This document shows positions 38,647 to 48,031 of a stretch of DNA of 64,000 bases, piece by piece. Numbering within the stretch: position 1 is the stretch's first letter; every line of letters starts with the position of its first letter. Position numbers and translations under genes: made by a program. Origin of the DNA: Blastocatellia bacterium. Lineage in GTDB: Bacteria; Acidobacteriota; Blastocatellia; UBA7656. The stretch covers positions 272 through 64,271 of the forward strand of contig JBBWZK010000425.1 of assembly GCA_039648975.1 (NCBI GenBank), given 5' to 3'. The notes under the pieces are model-generated. The model was not told the DNA's origin and did no database searches. It saw only the letters and a list, made by a program, of their open reading frames with translations.

Positions 38647-38916
38647 ATGCAAGCGACGAAAGAACTGACGATATCGGAGGCACGCAAACAGTTGACCTCC
38701 TTGCCGGAAGAACTCGACCGCCATCCGAGGGCGGTGGCAGTCACCCGGCGCGGCAAGCCCGTGCTTGCGGTGTTGCCCTGGGATGTTTACGAGGCGATTG
38801 TCGAGACGCTGGAGATCATGGGAGACAATGAGTTGATGATTGATCTCCGGCAGGCGATACAAGAGGTTTCAGCCGGCCAGGCGATTGACTGGGAGCTTGC
38901 CTTAAAGGAGCTATGA
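38647..38916 (+). CDS. Phd/YefM-family antitoxin
   Basis: ISEARKQLTSLPEEL...VAVTRRGKPVLAVLPWDVYEAIVETLEIM. Overlaps the toxin start by 4 nt. Confidence 0.8.
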   Translation: MQATKELTISEARKQLTSLPEELDRHPRAVAVTRRGKPVLAVLPWDVYEAIVETLEIMGDNELMIDLRQAIQEVSAGQAIDWELALKEL

Positions 38917-39326
38917 CTTTGAGGCACCGGATTACGATTGCGCCGACTGCGTTGCGGCAGTTGAAGGGCATCACTGATCAGCGGGTCAGAGCGAAGATCA
39001 TCGAGACCATTAACCGGCTTGTGGATGAGCCTGAAAAGCAGGGCAAGCCGCTCGTCGGCGAACTGGCAGGCTACCGGAGCCTGCGCGCCGTCGGCCAGCG
39101 CTATCGCATCATCTACACGGTGAATCAGAATGAGATCACGGTGATTGTGGTTGCCGTGGGACTGCGGCGAGCCGGTAGCCATAGCGACATCTACGAACTG
39201 GCGCGCAAGCTCGTCGGGGTTGCTCTGAAGGGTGCGCCGACTGTTCCCACTTCACCTACAGCGGCGAAAAAGAAACCTGCTCAGGGTAAGCGTTCGGCAA
39301 AGAAAAAGCGCACGAATAAACGCTAA
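38913..39326 (+). CDS. RelE/ParE-family toxin with a Lys-rich C-terminal extension
   Basis: YRSLRAVGQRYRIIYTVNQNEITVIVVAVGLRR. Confidence 0.8.
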   Translation: MTLRHRITIAPTALRQLKGITDQRVRAKIIETINRLVDEPEKQGKPLVGELAGYRSLRAVGQRYRIIYTVNQNEITVIVVAVGLRRAGSHSDIYELARKLVGVALKGAPTVPTSPTAAKKKPAQGKRSAKKKRTNKR

Positions 39327-39403
39327 TCCAACGGCAGGCGACGCGGGCGAACCGGTGATGTAAATTCGGATGTAAATTCGTCGGCATCAATTCAAGAACT
39401 CCA

Positions 39404-40375
39404 ATGCCTTTGATACGCCGAAAACGTGGGCGCTGGTTGAGTGGCGAGCGGGCGTGTGAGCTTCTTGGAATCGAGGGTACTGAAAAGACACCGGCGGCGC
39501 GCCGGCTGGCTGCCAACGCCGAACGATGGGGCATTCGCAAAATCCGCCTTGGCAATGGCGCGCGCGGCACAGTGGCCCACCCTGAACTTGATCTGTATGA
39601 GTATATGGAGCGCAAAGAGCGAGAAGCCGCCGGCAGGGTCAAGCCATCTCGTCGTGCAAAGATTTCTATCGATCCATCGTTTCTCAAGATGCGGGCGCAA
39701 AAGAAGTGGCTGAGTGCTCGCACAGTGATTTATCTACTTGGGATGGTGGCCATACGAATCGATGATACGCCAGCCCAGATCAAGGCCGCAGAACGCAACG
39801 CCATTCGACTCCTGAACAAACACGCCGAGCGCTGGGGGATCAGGAGAATTGATGAGCGCGGCGCAGTCAAAAGAAGCCTTGCTGCTTACCCCGAAGAGGA
39901 CGTGCTTGAGTATATGCGGCGCAAGGAGATGGAAGCGCGAGAACGGACCGATTATCTTAGCCGTTATCCCACTTACTTCAAGCCCGTCAAAGGGCCGGGA
40001 GTGAGTAGATGGTGGGGAGATAAGAAGCTTGAGCTATCAATGCAACTCGGCCCGCAAGCAAAGAGCGCAGGCGAGCCTAGCTCATACTTTATCAAGATCG
40101 AAGTGCGGCCTGATGATTCCGTGCCGGCGTTGAGCGGATACGTCGAAGCTGCGGAAGTTGCGCGAAGATTCAATATCAAGCCTGGCAAAGTGTACAGCTC
40201 TAGGTTCTGGCAGCGATTTGCTTTTTATTTGGGAGAGCCGTTTCGCTCGGCCAAAAGGTTTAATGGTGATTTGATTGAGCTTTATTTCAAGGAAAAGGCA
40301 GAGGCCGGGGAGAAAGTGTATTTACTGGCAACGCGAAAGCGTCAAGGTGGCTGGAAGAAACACCCTGAAGAATAA
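39404..40375 (+). CDS. hypothetical protein with three internally repeated HTH_17-like modules
   Basis: The repeats ERWGIRKIRLG...HPELDLYEYMERKEREAAGR and ERWGIRRIDERG...YPEEDVLEYMRRKEMEARER are each preceded by W-L-S...LLG. Confidence 0.65.
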   Translation: MPLIRRKRGRWLSGERACELLGIEGTEKTPAARRLAANAERWGIRKIRLGNGARGTVAHPELDLYEYMERKEREAAGRVKPSRRAKISIDPSFLKMRAQKKWLSARTVIYLLGMVAIRIDDTPAQIKAAERNAIRLLNKHAERWGIRRIDERGAVKRSLAAYPEEDVLEYMRRKEMEARERTDYLSRYPTYFKPVKGPGVSRWWGDKKLELSMQLGPQAKSAGEPSSYFIKIEVRPDDSVPALSGYVEAAEVARRFNIKPGKVYSSRFWQRFAFYLGEPFRSAKRFNGDLIELYFKEKAEAGEKVYLLATRKRQGGWKKHPEE

Positions 40376-40515
40376 TTGGCAGTAGCCGACGAGTTGAGTG
40401 TTGAAAATTCGGCCCGGTCTTATGGTGGGCTTGCAATCCACCAGACAGCCGCGAACCTCTTGCGCGGTTGGCCGGGCTGATTCAAGCAAGAGGAACGCCA
40501 GCAAGAGGGGCGCGG

Positions 40516-41430
40516 ATGCGGAGAGAGAAAAACGGCAAGCCGGGGCGCAAGCGTAAAGCCGTTACGCTTGCGGATACGATAAAAGCGACTGTCAAAATCT
40601 CTGCTGAGATCGAATCAAAAAACGGTGTCCATGTTTGCCTAGTCACGCTTCAGTGTGGAACCGACGAGCCGCGGGAGTTTCGCATCGGCCCGGCTTATAT
40701 AGGTAAGCGGACAGGCAGGCAATGGCGTGAGGTGCAGACAATCTGGACTCGCGCATATCGCTATCTCTCCGAGTATATCGGCGGTGCGATGCTGCACACG
40801 GCTCATCAGTTGACCGATGAAGGCAGCTTCGCGGCCTGGCCGGATTTCAACGCCGATGAGTTTTGCGCAGCATCTGGCGATTTGCGCCGCTATGACGAGG
40901 CCGCCGGGAGTAGGTTCACGGCGGGCAAGCCCTACGAAGACGGTGAATACTTTCTTTATGTGATGGGTGACGTTGCCGCCAGAGCCCGCAACCGGCTAAG
41001 AGGATGGGAACCGTTAAACATTGGAAGTCCAGCGGTGATTCGCTACAGCATGGACAAAATGAAACGAATGATAGAAGTCCATTCAGAATATGCGGAACTA
41101 TGGGCAAAGGCTCGCGAGCTTCAGATAAAGAGCGAGCGACGAGGGGAAACCGACTGGCGCGACCAAGCGAAGCGGCATTATGGAAAGCTCAACAAGCCTA
41201 GCCTCGACAAGTTCTTTGACCTCTTGGCCGAAAAGCATGAAGGGAAAACCAAGTGGACGCCGGGTGATGTTGTCATTATCCATGCTGCGGGGGGAGCCTA
41301 TATGAACAATAGGGGCAGTTGGGGATTCGGCCCTATGATTGAGATCACAACAACGGCGCAAGTCAAAGCGCTCGACCGTGAGATGAAGGCATTCAAAGCG
41401 CGCGAGATGATGACTCAGGACAAAAATTGA
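40516..41430 (+). CDS. hypothetical protein
   Basis: ATG at 40516 follows aagagggg (MRREKNGKPGRKRK...). 304 aa. Confidence 0.6.
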   Translation: MRREKNGKPGRKRKAVTLADTIKATVKISAEIESKNGVHVCLVTLQCGTDEPREFRIGPAYIGKRTGRQWREVQTIWTRAYRYLSEYIGGAMLHTAHQLTDEGSFAAWPDFNADEFCAASGDLRRYDEAAGSRFTAGKPYEDGEYFLYVMGDVAARARNRLRGWEPLNIGSPAVIRYSMDKMKRMIEVHSEYAELWAKARELQIKSERRGETDWRDQAKRHYGKLNKPSLDKFFDLLAEKHEGKTKWTPGDVVIIHAAGGAYMNNRGSWGFGPMIEITTTAQVKALDREMKAFKAREMMTQDKN

Positions 41431-42555
41431 CTATTTTTGTCTCGTGCCGTCTGTTTGCACGTATCCGAGGGATTGAAGGAAAAGTAAGCGTGCTGTATCG
41501 TAGCGCTGTTTGATCTTTGCAGCCCGCAGCAGAAACCACAAACAGCTTGGTTCATGATACGGGCGAGTTGTAGAGGCTTCAAAAAGACGAAGGGCCGGTG
41601 CGATGTCAACTTGCCGGAAGAGATCGCATCCAGCCCCTGAAACGCTCGACCGAAGCCGCGCGATTGATGAGCAAAGGGTTTGCCTTTCGCTCATCGCGGA
41701 GAATAGTGCAAAAAACAGATCGCGTCAACGAAGTTTAGGGCTTGACCTATTATGCGGAGCGGGTACCGCGCTACTTGGCCCGCAAGCGATCTTGTAGAGT
41801 CTGTTTCTTCGCTATCATCGCGCCGGCATTCATAAGCCAGCGACAGCAGAATCATCATCCGTCGCCAGCTTCGACTTGAGCATTTCAGGTTTGAAGCTGG
41901 CGATTTTCTGTTTTTACGGGCTTTTGACAATTCGCTTCTGACCACCGTGGCAAGCGTCACGGACGAAGTGATTTCTGGGCTTCCTGAACCCGCGCCGCTG
42001 CCCGTCGCGTGGGATTGCATCAAGCCGCTCGTCTTACCTTTGGTCGGGTAGAGGCGGGCGGCTTGAAGTGTTTTGGCGATGATCGAACGAATCGCACAGC
42101 AAGGACAAACGAAAGCCGCCGAGCGGCAAACTCAGCGGCCTTCTAAATCCTCTGTCGCGGGTGAAGCGACGGGCAATGTTAGGGCGATTGACTATCAGGT
42201 GTTCAACCTGCTGACTGGCGGCGAACCATTCAGCAAGCAGCGGAGCATATTAGATGGACTTACCACGACGGCAGTATATCATCCAGCAGTCTTATAACCA
42301 AAGATTTTCCGATTCCCGCCAAAAGCAGGCGCGTGCGGTCTGTGCCCGGCTGCGCGTGCCTGTCTCTCCACTTACAAGACGACAAGCACAGTTCGCCAAT
42401 TACTCGCGTGCTGTCTTGCCTACTTCAACTTACCTACTGCACTTTGCCCTTTGGTCACGGCGACCACTCCCCGCTAGCGTCGTGACTATTTGTCGAAGCA
42501 TTCAACCACTACACGCGCCGCTCGTCAATCTTTGCGGTGAAAGGGGCGCTACGCA

Positions 42556-42963
42556 ATGAATGCCACACAGCCCGCTCTGCCCTTCGACTCATCGCCGCCA
42601 CTGGCTTCGCGCCGGCGCAAGCGCAACGCCAGCACGGAGGCGACAGCACAGGCGCGCGCCGACGCATTCGACAAGATCAAGGGCAAGCGCGGCAAGCGCC
42701 ATCTGCTGATTCTTCATGCGATCGCCCAGCACGGCCCGATGACGACGCGGCAGGTGTTGCGATGTCTGGTTGCGCAAGGCCATTTGCCACCAACTGCCGA
42801 GCGCAATCAAGTCAGCCCGCGTCTCTCAGAGATGGCAGAGGCTGGCTGCGTCGAGGCCCTCGACGAACTGCGCGTTGTCGGTGATGATACGCCGGCGACC
42901 GCCTGGAAGATTACACCGCGCGGGCAGTTGCTGATTGAAGATTCGGAGCCTGAGAGGAACTGA
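42556..42963 (+). CDS. winged-helix DNA-binding protein (MarR-like fold), hypothetical
   Basis: LILHAIAQHGPMTTRQVLRCLV...VSPRLSEMAEAGCVEAL. The stop overlaps the start of the Toprim protein gene. Confidence 0.6.
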   Translation: MNATQPALPFDSSPPLASRRRKRNASTEATAQARADAFDKIKGKRGKRHLLILHAIAQHGPMTTRQVLRCLVAQGHLPPTAERNQVSPRLSEMAEAGCVEALDELRVVGDDTPATAWKITPRGQLLIEDSEPERN

Positions 42964-44180
42964 TGGCTGCGGCTACGGCATCACTATACGCGCTCACTGA
43001 GCGCGACTATGAACGGCTTGCACGGTCGACGATCCCGCGCCCCATCGCTGATCAATTCTGCTTTCGAGTTGACGACATCGAAGGTGCCACGCAGGTCGGC
43101 CAGAGGCTGACCGCTGAACGCCTGATGCGCGGCATCATCTTCCGTTATTTCTCGCCCTGGGGCGGCCACGAGCGCGAGCGCCGGTTGCGCCGTGATGTGC
43201 CGGATGCGAGTGGCGATGGCAAATACATTGGCCCGCCTGACCGCCCGCCGCTGTTGTTCTTTCCCTTGCTTGTCAATGATGAACAATTCCGCGCCTGGCT
43301 TGAAGATTCAGCGATTCCGATTGTGTTTGTCGAAGGCGAGAAGAAGGCGCTCGCTCTGATGCGCATCGCTCTCGCCAATGCCGTTGGTGGCCGCCCGCCG
43401 TTCATCGTCATTGGGCTGGCCGGCGTCTGGTGTTGGAAGCGCAAAAACGGCCCGCTGCCTGACTTCGATCTGATTCCGTGGCGAAGCCGCCAGGTCTCCA
43501 TCTTCTTCGATTCCAATGTCCACACAAACGCCAAAGTCCGCAGCGCGCGACAGGCGCTTGCTGATGAACTACATCACAATCGCAGTGCAAAGGTCTTCTT
43601 TGTAGAGATGCCGCACGACTGTGAGCTGAACGGGCCGGATGATCTTGCTTACGCTCACGGTGATGAGGCCGTACTCGATTGCATTGAACAGGCAAAGCCG
43701 GCCATCAAGCCGACCGCGCAGCCGCAAAAAGAAACGATAGAAGAGCGCATCAGGCGCGGTGTTTTCCTTCGCGCCGCCGTCGCCAATGCACAGGCCGCGC
43801 CGGATGCGAGCGAACTGGCAAAGCAGACGCTCGGCGCGAAGGTGTGGCGGCGGCTGGCCGTGCTGTGGGCGCAGGCCGGCAAGCTCGAAGCCGAAGAGCG
43901 CGACCTGTTGTTCACCCTGCACGCGATGAGTGATGGCGAAGACGAGTTTGATTTTTATTACCTTGATCTTTACAGGCTGTTATTCCCATGCGACAGCAGC
44001 GAACTCGACGCCGATGGCCGGCTCACGAGCAGCGCCCGGCAAAGGATTCGCCGACGCTTCGACAATCTCGAAAGGGCCGAGCAGCAAGGCGGCATCCAAT
44101 TCGCAATAGTACGCAAAGGATCGAGAGACGATGACGGGCATCATTATCCCTCGCATATTCGTCTCTTGTCTCTTGGCTAG
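42963..44180 (+). CDS. Toprim-domain replication/primase-like protein (DUF3854-like)
   Basis: IPIVFVEGEKKALAL, VIGLAGVWCWK and QVSIFFDSNVHTN, a pattern typical of plasmid/ICE DUF3854 proteins. Confidence 0.7.
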   Translation: MAAATASLYALTERDYERLARSTIPRPIADQFCFRVDDIEGATQVGQRLTAERLMRGIIFRYFSPWGGHERERRLRRDVPDASGDGKYIGPPDRPPLLFFPLLVNDEQFRAWLEDSAIPIVFVEGEKKALALMRIALANAVGGRPPFIVIGLAGVWCWKRKNGPLPDFDLIPWRSRQVSIFFDSNVHTNAKVRSARQALADELHHNRSAKVFFVEMPHDCELNGPDDLAYAHGDEAVLDCIEQAKPAIKPTAQPQKETIEERIRRGVFLRAAVANAQAAPDASELAKQTLGAKVWRRLAVLWAQAGKLEAEERDLLFTLHAMSDGEDEFDFYYLDLYRLLFPCDSSELDADGRLTSSARQRIRRRFDNLERAEQQGGIQFAIVRKGSRDDDGHHYPSHIRLLSLG

Positions 44181-44204
44181 ACAGAACAAATCGAAAGCCT
44201 CGCC

Positions 44205-44663
44205 GTGACGGATCCACAATACAGCCGGAGCAAGCAAGCCGCCTTTGAGCGTGCGGTGGGAAAATTTGTTGAACTCAAAACTGGAAGCCCGGTCAAGCGC
44301 CGTCACAAGCCGCCGCGAAACCCCTTCAAAGAAATCAAAGACGGTTGGAGCCGAGTCGAGGGCGCTCTGCGTGCGACTGTCGAGCGGATGCGCGCCGAAG
44401 GGTACGAAGACTGGGCGATCTGGCAAGATTTGGAAAAGCACCTTCCGGCAGAGTTCATCGCTTTCCTACGGTCTGAATGCAGTGCAGCGCCGGTCGCCAA
44501 CGAGCCGGAAATTTGCGCCGCCGAGGTGAAACCTAATCATGAAGAGATAAAGGTTTCACCTGACCCGCCGGAGTCGTCTGCCGACCCCTCTGACGAGGCC
44601 CTAAAATCAGCCGAAAACAGGCCGGTTTCGGGGCAAATGCCAGGTTTCAATTTTGGGCATTAA
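44205..44663 (+). CDS. hypothetical protein (GTG start)
   Basis: 152-aa ORF downstream of the Toprim gene. Confidence 0.5.
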   Translation: MTDPQYSRSKQAAFERAVGKFVELKTGSPVKRRHKPPRNPFKEIKDGWSRVEGALRATVERMRAEGYEDWAIWQDLEKHLPAEFIAFLRSECSAAPVANEPEICAAEVKPNHEEIKVSPDPPESSADPSDEALKSAENRPVSGQMPGFNFGH

Positions 44664-44668
44664 TATAC

Positions 44669-44697
44669 TTGACTCATACGGGATTCTATAGTAGAAT
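44669..44697 (+). promoter_or_regulatory. strong sigma70-like promoter upstream of the transposase
   Basis: ttgact, exactly 17 nt, then tagaat. The -10 ends 7 nt before the ATG at 44705, which implies a leaderless or near-leaderless mRNA. Confidence 0.5.
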
Positions 44698-44704
44698 TTG
44701 AGGT

Positions 44705-45694
44705 ATGGAAAGCCAAGAGCGAAATTTCCCGCAGACCTTGTTAGAGGCGATTCGATATTTCAGCGATGCTGACAACTGCCTCAGCTTCATGATCAAGATT
44801 CGTTGGGCTGACGGCCCGACCTGCCCGCGCTGCGAATCCAAGCAAGCCAACTTCATCAAGACTCGCCGCCTGTGGATATGCAAGGACTGCAAAAAGAATT
44901 TCACGGTTAAGCAAGGGACTATCATGGAAGATAGTCCGATTGGTTTAGACAAGTGGCTCAGTGCGATATGGATGATTGCCAACGATAAGAATGGGATAAG
45001 CTCTTATGAAATCCATCGTGGTCTTGGCATCACTCAGAAGTCGGCATGGTTCCTGCTGCATAGAATCAGACTGGCAATGCAGAATGGCAGTCTTGAGAAA
45101 TTCTCTGGCCCAGTGGAAGCGGACGAAACCTATATCGGCGGTCTTGCGCGCAATATGCACAAGAGCAAGCGCGCAGCGAAGATCAAAGGGACTGGCGGCA
45201 GCGGTAAAGCCATCGTCATGGGCATTCTTGAGCGCAGCGGCGACGTTCGCACTAAAGTTATAGAGAATACCAGCCGTGAAACCTTGCATGGCGAGATACG
45301 GGCGCATGTCGCACTCGGTGCGGAAGTCCACACCGATGCGTGGCCAGCTTATCAAGGGCTTTCTCCTGATTATGTTCATCAGGTCATCAACCATGCTATT
45401 GAATACGTCAGAGGCCATGTTCATACCAATGGAATAGAGAACTTTTGGAGTTTGGTTTCGCGCTGTCTCAAAGGAACCTATGTTTCTGTGATGCCCTTTC
45501 ATCTGTTCCGCTACTTGGATGAGCAAGGCTTTCGATTTAATAACCGCAAGTTTAACGATTCTCAACGATTCCTGATGGTCTGTAATCAGATGTCAGGCCG
45601 TCGCCTCACCTACAAGCAACTCACAGGTAAAACGTTGATGCGGGATAGCAATAATCCGCGATTTGGATTCGTGGATACGCTATTTCCGCTATAG
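44705..45694 (+). CDS. IS1595-family (ISXO2-like) transposase
   Basis: N-terminal zinc ribbon CPRC...CKDC, an HTH region, and DETYIGG in the DDE domain. No terminal inverted repeats were found around it. Confidence 0.85.
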   Translation: MESQERNFPQTLLEAIRYFSDADNCLSFMIKIRWADGPTCPRCESKQANFIKTRRLWICKDCKKNFTVKQGTIMEDSPIGLDKWLSAIWMIANDKNGISSYEIHRGLGITQKSAWFLLHRIRLAMQNGSLEKFSGPVEADETYIGGLARNMHKSKRAAKIKGTGGSGKAIVMGILERSGDVRTKVIENTSRETLHGEIRAHVALGAEVHTDAWPAYQGLSPDYVHQVINHAIEYVRGHVHTNGIENFWSLVSRCLKGTYVSVMPFHLFRYLDEQGFRFNNRKFNDSQRFLMVCNQMSGRRLTYKQLTGKTLMRDSNNPRFGFVDTLFPL

Positions 45695-45703
45695 AGAGGA
45701 TTG

Positions 45704-45856
45704 ATGAAACCAATCATTCGACCACAGCCCGAAGACACGCGAACGCCTTACCAACGGTTTGAAGACCTCGCAAGGCAGGTGCTGACAGTGCCGAAGAAAG
45801 AAATAGATAAGAGGCAAGAAGAGTACGAACGAAAGAAGAAAAAGAAAAGGAAGTAA
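45704..45856 (+). CDS. small basic-tailed hypothetical protein (50 aa)
   Basis: Manual ORF MKPIIRPQPEDTRTPYQRFEDLARQVLTVPKKEIDKRQEEYERKKKKKRK with RBS agagagga. Confidence 0.3.
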   Translation: MKPIIRPQPEDTRTPYQRFEDLARQVLTVPKKEIDKRQEEYERKKKKKRK

Positions 45857-46303
45857 CTATTCACCTCGACCTTGTATTTTAATGATTAGTGGGTAATCTG
45901 CTATCTCTTGCCAATCATTGCCTTCAGCAACTTCCCTTAGAGACAGCTTCAACGACGCGTTTCCTAGAGGCATTACAGGAAATCCACCAATTTGCATCGT
46001 GGTTCGCATATTGGGTTTATCAGGTTGAAATTGAAACGGCAACGAGACATCAAGATAGGTTCGATCTTCCTTATTTAATTGGACACGCCCCTCAAACTGT
46101 TTATTTTCATCTCCATCTTCCATGCGATAAACCGCCAAAATATACCATCTAAAAGGTACAGCCCGATCAGAGTCCTCTTTGATTTCTAGCTCTGGGGGCA
46201 CTGCAAGATTTATAACCTCTAGAACAGAAATCAGAGAAACAGTATTCTCCTCCTGACTTATAATCACCCTTTCGCAAGGCAAGAAAACAAGAAGTCTTGG
46301 CAT
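45857..46303 (-). CDS. hypothetical protein (AT-rich cassette, gene 4)
   Basis: 148-aa ORF, MPRLLVFLPCERVIISQEENTVSLISVLEVI.... Lies in a visibly lower-GC segment. Confidence 0.6.
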   Translation of the reverse strand: MPRLLVFLPCERVIISQEENTVSLISVLEVINLAVPPELEIKEDSDRAVPFRWYILAVYRMEDGDENKQFEGRVQLNKEDRTYLDVSLPFQFQPDKPNMRTTMQIGGFPVMPLGNASLKLSLREVAEGNDWQEIADYPLIIKIQGRGE

Positions 46304-46315
46304 GATCTTTATTCT

Positions 46316-46714
46316 TTAGGCTGCTGTTTCCAGAGTTGCAGGCCCTCTCTGCAAAGGCGAATAGTTAAGGCGTATAGAACCCATTCTTTGGCCTACAGAA
46401 GCACTATTAGCAATAGATATGGTGATTCTATGGCTTACCTGAACTGGCAATACTTTTTGCGCAGATGGTACGTATGATTCAGACCACAGGCCAGCGCGCT
46501 TTAACTGGTCAACAGGATTCCAGTCTGCGGGCGGTCGAGTCGCATCGCTAAACCACACCATACCAGACTCTATCCATTTTTGTCGTAACTCAGCGTGGCT
46601 CACCTCATAATCGTCTAATTCAAATTCAACCCCACAGCTAGGGCAAATATAAAACCCCTGCGGAGGTCGAGCCATCTTATCGAATCCACAAACCGGACAA
46701 TTGTAATAAGGCAT
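46316..46714 (-). CDS. zinc-ribbon protein (CPxCG...CPxC), hypothetical (cassette gene 3)
   Basis: MPYYNCPVCGFDKMARPPQGFYICPSCGVEFELDDYE. Confidence 0.6.
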   Translation of the reverse strand: MPYYNCPVCGFDKMARPPQGFYICPSCGVEFELDDYEVSHAELRQKWIESGMVWFSDATRPPADWNPVDQLKRAGLWSESYVPSAQKVLPVQVSHRITISIANSASVGQRMGSIRLNYSPLQRGPATLETAA

Positions 46715-46723
46715 TGTTTCCTC

Positions 46724-47020
46724 CTATAGACAAGTATCAACGAAGTACTTACGCGGATTGCTTCTAGTAAGTCTAAAATACGTTCCTATAAATCCATCCG
46801 CGTGAAGAACTCCAATCTCACAAGTAACGTTATTGAATCGCACAGTAGCGCCATCTCTGGCTCTCACTCTTTCCTCTGTATTAGCATCTAATGGGCAATT
46901 CATAAATTCTATTGCAGCGGACTCATATTCGGCCTCGGTATCAAATGCAAATTCACGCCTCTCTATAATATGCCTTTTAAAATGGTTGGCCAAATCCATA
47001 AAGCCGTGTATAGGCGGCAC
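46724..47020 (-). CDS. small hypothetical protein (cassette gene 2)
   Basis: 98-aa ORF, HFKRHIIERREF...GATVRFNNVTCEIGVLHADGFIGTYF. 9 nt upstream of gene 3. Confidence 0.6.
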   Translation of the reverse strand: MPPIHGFMDLANHFKRHIIERREFAFDTEAEYESAAIEFMNCPLDANTEERVRARDGATVRFNNVTCEIGVLHADGFIGTYFRLTRSNPRKYFVDTCL

Positions 47021-47151
47021 TCCATTAGTCCTCCCTTATATTGTACTACCCTGGTATAGACATATAAAGCGGCGGCTATCATACTACGACGAGCGGGCGA
47101 AGTCTAGCGTAAGGTGAGTCACGGCAAAAAGCATGGGGACTAAATGCAAGC

Positions 47152-47901
47152 CTAGCCATGCAGTCTCAAATATGAGCCGTAGCTTATTGTTTTGACTCCG
47201 ATGATTAAATGTACGTCATGTATATTTTCTCCATCTGTCAATGGAGTTAACAAGTGATCCGTTTCAATGGTAAGTTTTGTAATCAGACTATCATCTTTTA
47301 GCAGGCAGTAAAAAGGGTCTTCGTCGCTTGTAGGAGTCTGACCAGCAACTTCCTGACACTCCTGCGGCATACGCAAGGCGTCAAGTAAAACCTTTATCCG
47401 ATTGTCAATGTCGCCACCGCCACTAACCAAATTACCCGGCTGGTCGCGTCTGAGAAACAGAACGTCAAGGGCGCATGCGTCCTCATCCCCGCGACCGCCG
47501 ATCAATGGCACAAATCGATAACCACAACGTGCATAATCATCGGCGAATATATCTATGAATAGCCGCGCATCGGGTCTATCACTTTCTCGATCTCGCAAAT
47601 ATCGGCGTAAACGCGGATCAGCCTTCCATAGCTCTCTCAGTTGCGGATGTAGGGTTTTTCTGATGCGATGCTTGTCTTCGTTCCGAGTTAGTGATCGACC
47701 AGCGGCTGGCAGTCTCCCCTGATAAACGAGGCGAAATTCCATATCAGTAGCGCCCTCAATTCCCGGCCACGAATCATAAACAAACTCCTGACGCTGCGGC
47801 CATTGGGATACTGGCACATCTACAGAATATGAGTCAAGTATATCATTGCCCAATTTTGATACCTGGGAAATGCCTGCATCCTCTGTAGATGCAACAGACA
47901 A
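47152..47901 (-). CDS. RusA-like endonuclease-fold protein (cassette gene 1; start uncertain, TTG 47901 or ATG 47742)
   Basis: GGGDIDNRIKVLLDALR...LLKDDSLITKLTIE matches the RusA DxDNxxKxxxDAL...DD signature. Confidence 0.6.
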   Translation of the reverse strand: MSVASTEDAGISQVSKLGNDILDSYSVDVPVSQWPQRQEFVYDSWPGIEGATDMEFRLVYQGRLPAAGRSLTRNEDKHRIRKTLHPQLRELWKADPRLRRYLRDRESDRPDARLFIDIFADDYARCGYRFVPLIGGRGDEDACALDVLFLRRDQPGNLVSGGGDIDNRIKVLLDALRMPQECQEVAGQTPTSDEDPFYCLLKDDSLITKLTIETDHLLTPLTDGENIHDVHLIIGVKTISYGSYLRLHG

Positions 47902-47931
47902 TTTTGCGGATTTTCAGAAATCCGCAAAAAT
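47901..47931. promoter_or_regulatory. 12-bp perfect hairpin/palindrome in a divergent intergenic region
   Basis: ttttgcggattt tcag aaatccgcaaaa. There is no U-tract on either strand, so an operator is more likely than a terminator. Confidence 0.5.
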
Positions 47932-48031
47932 CAGCTACCAATCGCGCGCGCCCTGAAATGCCCGGCGGATCGCCGCCAATCCGGTGTCCATCAGCGAATC
48001 GTCGAGTGAAGCTTGATTATGCGGGGTGGTG

